Part shown: positions 60,859 to 64,000 of the stretch, piece after piece | Layout: each line of letters begins with the position of its first letter | Position numbering within the stretch: position 1 is the stretch's first letter | Assembly (NCBI GenBank): GCA_036918135.1 | Contig: JBALDB010000067.1 | Location: 32,001 to 96,000 of the forward strand | DNA: 64,000 nt | Direction: 5' to 3' | Source of the DNA: Nostoc sp. | Lineage (GTDB): Bacteria; Cyanobacteriota; Cyanobacteriia; Cyanobacteriales; Nostocaceae | The notes under the pieces: model-generated | The model's database searches: none | What the model saw: the letters and a program-made list of their open reading frames with translations, nothing else | Told to the model about the DNA's origin: nothing | Made by a program: the position numbers and the translations under genes

Positions 60859-61011
60859 GGGACTTCCAAATAGAAAAATACTCAATTACTTCTTGTGAGG
60901 TGGGCGACACGAGCGCCCGTAGCCAAGGGCAGACAAGACTTCGGCGTGAGCGCTCAGTCAGTCGAACGTTGTCCACCCCACAAGTAGTAATAATTTATTC
61001 GCTGGAAGTCC
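60859..61011. mobile_element. MITE-like element with GGACTTCCA ends
   Basis: GGGACTTCCAAATA...TATTCGCTGGAAGTCC with an inner CTTGTG.GGTGG...CCACCCCACAAG stem. A similar left end occurs near 42015. Confidence 0.6.
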
Positions 61012-61089
61012 TTTCTTAAGAGTTCCCTGTTCCCTATCTCTACAAGGGATTCAAGAATCAAATCGGATTGCTATATCACTAATTAAGGA

Positions 61090-62535
61090 TTAGTAGATAC
61101 CACTAATCGACCTCAGAATAGGTAAAACAAACGTAATTGGAGCGCGTTCTTCGACTTTGACGCGCACAACTGTAGTAGTTCCAGAAGAGATTTTTAGTTG
61201 CGGCCCGGTGGAAGAAGACCACTTATAGCCACTAAAGGTTGTTTGGTCGCGCTTGAGGTCAGCAAATACTTGCATAACCCCCTCCTGCTTTTGACCTACT
61301 AAACCTGCAACTACTTCTGAATTACCCACCACACTAGCGGCTGCTTCCCGTGTAATCGGAAATGCTGAAACACTAGTGATAGTACCTATGATGCCGCCGA
61401 AGCGTTCTCGCTTTACAGTTTGCGGCGTAATTTGTAGTATCATACCCTGTTGAATTTTCTTGCCATCCCCAACCGGAAAATAAGTTATACCAGCCAGTTG
61501 ACTGGATGAATTTTCTGCGTCTATGCTCCCTAAACGAGTTCCTGCATTAATTACCTGTCCAGGATTAACAGTGATTTCTAAAATGCGTCCTGAGTGTTGA
61601 CTGATAATTTGGCTGTTAGTACCTAATTGTTGTTCTATTCTGGCAATCTCTCGCTTGACTTCTTGAATCTGGTTTTTTCGGGTAGTTGCAGTTTGCAGGT
61701 CTTGTTGAGCGACGCTGGCTGCTTTAGTATTTTGTTCTTGTAACTGGGCTTGGATGTCTTTGATTTCGTTCAAATTTTGGAGGTATTGCCGTTGTGCATC
61801 GGCTTCCTTCAAGTCGAGTTGCTTGAGCTGCGATTCAGCTTCATCAATACTGGCACGGGCATCATCGTATTGTTGCCGTGCCTCTAGCACGATATCATCA
61901 GGAACTGCACCTTCTGTTAATAGCCTTTGGCGGTTTTCCAATCTTTTTTTATGGGTGGGAAGTAGCCCCTGGAGTGTTTGTAAGCGTTTTTGGAGGCTCT
62001 GGCGATCGCCCTGGATTGACACTAGCCCCTTTTCCCTCAATATAGGTGTCAAATCCTGGACAATCTTTAGCCTTTGTTGAAGGGTGAGCCTAAGCTCTTG
62101 GAAGGCTTTTTTGTCAAGTTCTTGACGCTGGGTTTGCAACAAACTAGCGTTACGATCCTGATCTTGAAGTTGAGTTAGTTTAGCACGCGCTAGTTGTAGT
62201 TGTTTGTGTAGATCGACTTGGTCAACCGTTGCCAATACATCTCCCTTCTTAACGACATCGCCCACATTAACATTTAGAGTAGCTAACTGCCCTGCACTTT
62301 TTGACTGTAACGGCACAACTGTACGCGGATAAATCAGTACTCCTCGACCCTCAACAGTAATGGGAATGCGTCCATAAATACTCCAGATTGCAGCTACGAC
62401 TACCAAAGAACCCAAGGCGGTTAAAGGCAACCAGCTTTTAGGGCTAACCACCTGCATGAGTTGGTCTAGCCTTTCAGGAGAAGATAAACGCTCCAGTGAC
62501 TCTTTACGGAATAAGCTTTGCTTGTGTTCTACCAT
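61090..62535 (-). CDS. NHLM-type bacteriocin system secretion protein (HlyD family membrane fusion protein)
   Basis: LFRKESLERLSSPERLDQLMQVV, TM, lipoyl-like halves, coiled coil, SGYKWSSSTGP, APITFVLP. Confidence 0.92.
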   Translation of the reverse strand: MVEHKQSLFRKESLERLSSPERLDQLMQVVSPKSWLPLTALGSLVVVAAIWSIYGRIPITVEGRGVLIYPRTVVPLQSKSAGQLATLNVNVGDVVKKGDVLATVDQVDLHKQLQLARAKLTQLQDQDRNASLLQTQRQELDKKAFQELRLTLQQRLKIVQDLTPILREKGLVSIQGDRQSLQKRLQTLQGLLPTHKKRLENRQRLLTEGAVPDDIVLEARQQYDDARASIDEAESQLKQLDLKEADAQRQYLQNLNEIKDIQAQLQEQNTKAASVAQQDLQTATTRKNQIQEVKREIARIEQQLGTNSQIISQHSGRILEITVNPGQVINAGTRLGSIDAENSSSQLAGITYFPVGDGKKIQQGMILQITPQTVKRERFGGIIGTITSVSAFPITREAAASVVGNSEVVAGLVGQKQEGVMQVFADLKRDQTTFSGYKWSSSTGPQLKISSGTTTVVRVKVEERAPITFVLPILRSISGIY

Positions 62536-62585
62536 TTATGGTGCTCGACAATTAAATTGATTTAGCTTTTCTAATTTCAAAACAA

Positions 62586-63674
62586 TCAAACCTCAAATAT
62601 TTGCAATTTATTTGTATTTAAATAATCAATATCTAACCAATTATGAGAAAAACCTAAATATGCTTTTGCCTCTATAGCAGTATTTGGTTGATAAACAAGC
62701 TTTATATGATTTATCCTTCTTTTAAAAATGCTGAATACATTAGCACCCATCACAATATCACCCCAAATAAGATTACTAGGCCAGTTATCTGGAATAGAAG
62801 CTTTTTGGCACAATCCTGGCCAAGTCAAAAGAGCTTTTTGCTTACCTGGAGTACATAAACCTTTTTCAACCAAATAATCTAAAAATAATTTCCACCGAGG
62901 TTCATATTTTGGTTGCTTTACCAAAGAACATTCTAAACCAATTCTCGGTAGTATCTTATCTCCTATATCAAAGCTTAAACAAACCCCATCTACAAATTCA
63001 GATAGATTAGATATATATGATTGCAGTGTATTGGTTGGATCTGTCCAGCCAATTTTTCTTAAGTAATCTAGAACTTGAGCAGGAGCAATTTCATTTACAT
63101 TAATTCTTACTTCCTGAACAGAGCGAGATAGCATCAACCCAATATGGCTAATGTGTGATTTAGCAGTTAAACAATCGATGCTAAGTTGGATATTAGACTT
63201 AATTTGTGAGGATATTGGATAGTTAAGTAGGCTAAAAACTATTTTAATTAATTCTTGGTAATTAGTAATATTTTCGTTATTTAAAGTTAAAAAAGTGCAT
63301 GGAACTGGCACTTTATTTAGTTTAGTGTCTTCCAGGTAACTTTGTCCATATACATCAAACTCCAACCAAATATTTCTCACTTTTTGATATAAAAAAGACT
63401 TTTCCTCAGTCCATTCTTGATATATTTTTTGAAAAGTTTGCCATGTAGGATGTTTCAATAATATCTCTGGCAGACTAGGACTTAAGGGGGAAACATTTAC
63501 TTGGAAGTCCACTCTAGATTTACCATATCCGAGACGACATTCAAGGAAAGCTAATGGCAAGGGAGGTAAAATTCTGGCTAAGGAGCGAATCTCTGACAAA
63601 GCATCAGGAGAAACTAAATCAGATTGAAGATAAGGAGTAATAACTTTCAGATAGTCTCCCATTGTACAGTTCAT
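62586..63674 (-). CDS. Hypothetical protein; possible ABBA (PT-barrel) prenyltransferase-like tailoring enzyme
   Basis: 362-aa ORF co-oriented with the export genes. Ten putative beta-strands in pairs, ending in HIKLVY...EAKAYLG. The ORF is solid; the function is inferred. Confidence 0.5.
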   Translation of the reverse strand: MNCTMGDYLKVITPYLQSDLVSPDALSEIRSLARILPPLPLAFLECRLGYGKSRVDFQVNVSPLSPSLPEILLKHPTWQTFQKIYQEWTEEKSFLYQKVRNIWLEFDVYGQSYLEDTKLNKVPVPCTFLTLNNENITNYQELIKIVFSLLNYPISSQIKSNIQLSIDCLTAKSHISHIGLMLSRSVQEVRINVNEIAPAQVLDYLRKIGWTDPTNTLQSYISNLSEFVDGVCLSFDIGDKILPRIGLECSLVKQPKYEPRWKLFLDYLVEKGLCTPGKQKALLTWPGLCQKASIPDNWPSNLIWGDIVMGANVFSIFKRRINHIKLVYQPNTAIEAKAYLGFSHNWLDIDYLNTNKLQIFEV

Positions 63675-64000
63675 TAATCATTCTCCTTTTTGTAACTAAA
63701 AAAATCAAATATAGCTATATTCAAAGACCTTAATATATCGTTATCAAATTTATTTATTAGGCTACATCAATTTTTTCAAAACACAAAATTAAGTAACTCT
63801 GAATTAACCCTTTGCGTTCCTTTGCGTAAACCCATCAAAGTTTGCTTGAAGGGAAACCCTCCGACGCTCGTTTGCGTAGCGTCTCCCTTTGGGAGAAGAC
63901 TCGCTATGGCAACTTCTCTGTGTGTGACTTTGCGTTTAAAAATTCAAACATTTGGGATGCTCCGGCAAATTTCAAGTCTGCAAGTATACAAACTAATTTT

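Noticed and set aside
63805..63965. Possible tRNA or ncRNA near the window end
   Set aside because: No cloverleaf or T-loop consensus; it looks like a composite of small dispersed repeats.

Overview
Chromosomal window from a heterocyst-forming (Nostocales-type) cyanobacterium, judged from dozens of HIP1 GCGATCGC octamers, heptamer STRR repeats and gene content. Housekeeping genes (mtnA, prlC, pip, RluA-family pseudouridine synthase, squalene synthase, SpkB-type kinase, recA with a LexA box, xseA/xseB, spp, ruvA, bioF) are interleaved with accessory loci. These include a DUF1822/CHAT-CHASE2/DUF928 cluster, a GH25 muramidase, a DUF4347-lectin-LamG protein, a caspase-GUN4 fusion, an LRR-Roc-COR-TIR protein, a PAS/GAF histidine kinase and a glycosyltransferase plus radical-SAM pair. 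Three loci stand out. (1) An AT-rich three-gene operon (coiled-coil, unknown, HNH nuclease) between recA and xseA, in which two of the proteins share a sequence motif. (2) A decayed island bracketed by a duplicated xseA-3'/xseB segment and containing an LRR-integrase junction at a HIP1 site. (3) An NHLM-type peptide export cluster with a double-glycine precursor and a candidate ABBA-fold tailoring enzyme. Many MITE-like and small dispersed repeats are visible, some inside genes. I saw no rRNA, tRNA or CRISPR array. All calls are by-eye motif recognition; no database searches were run.
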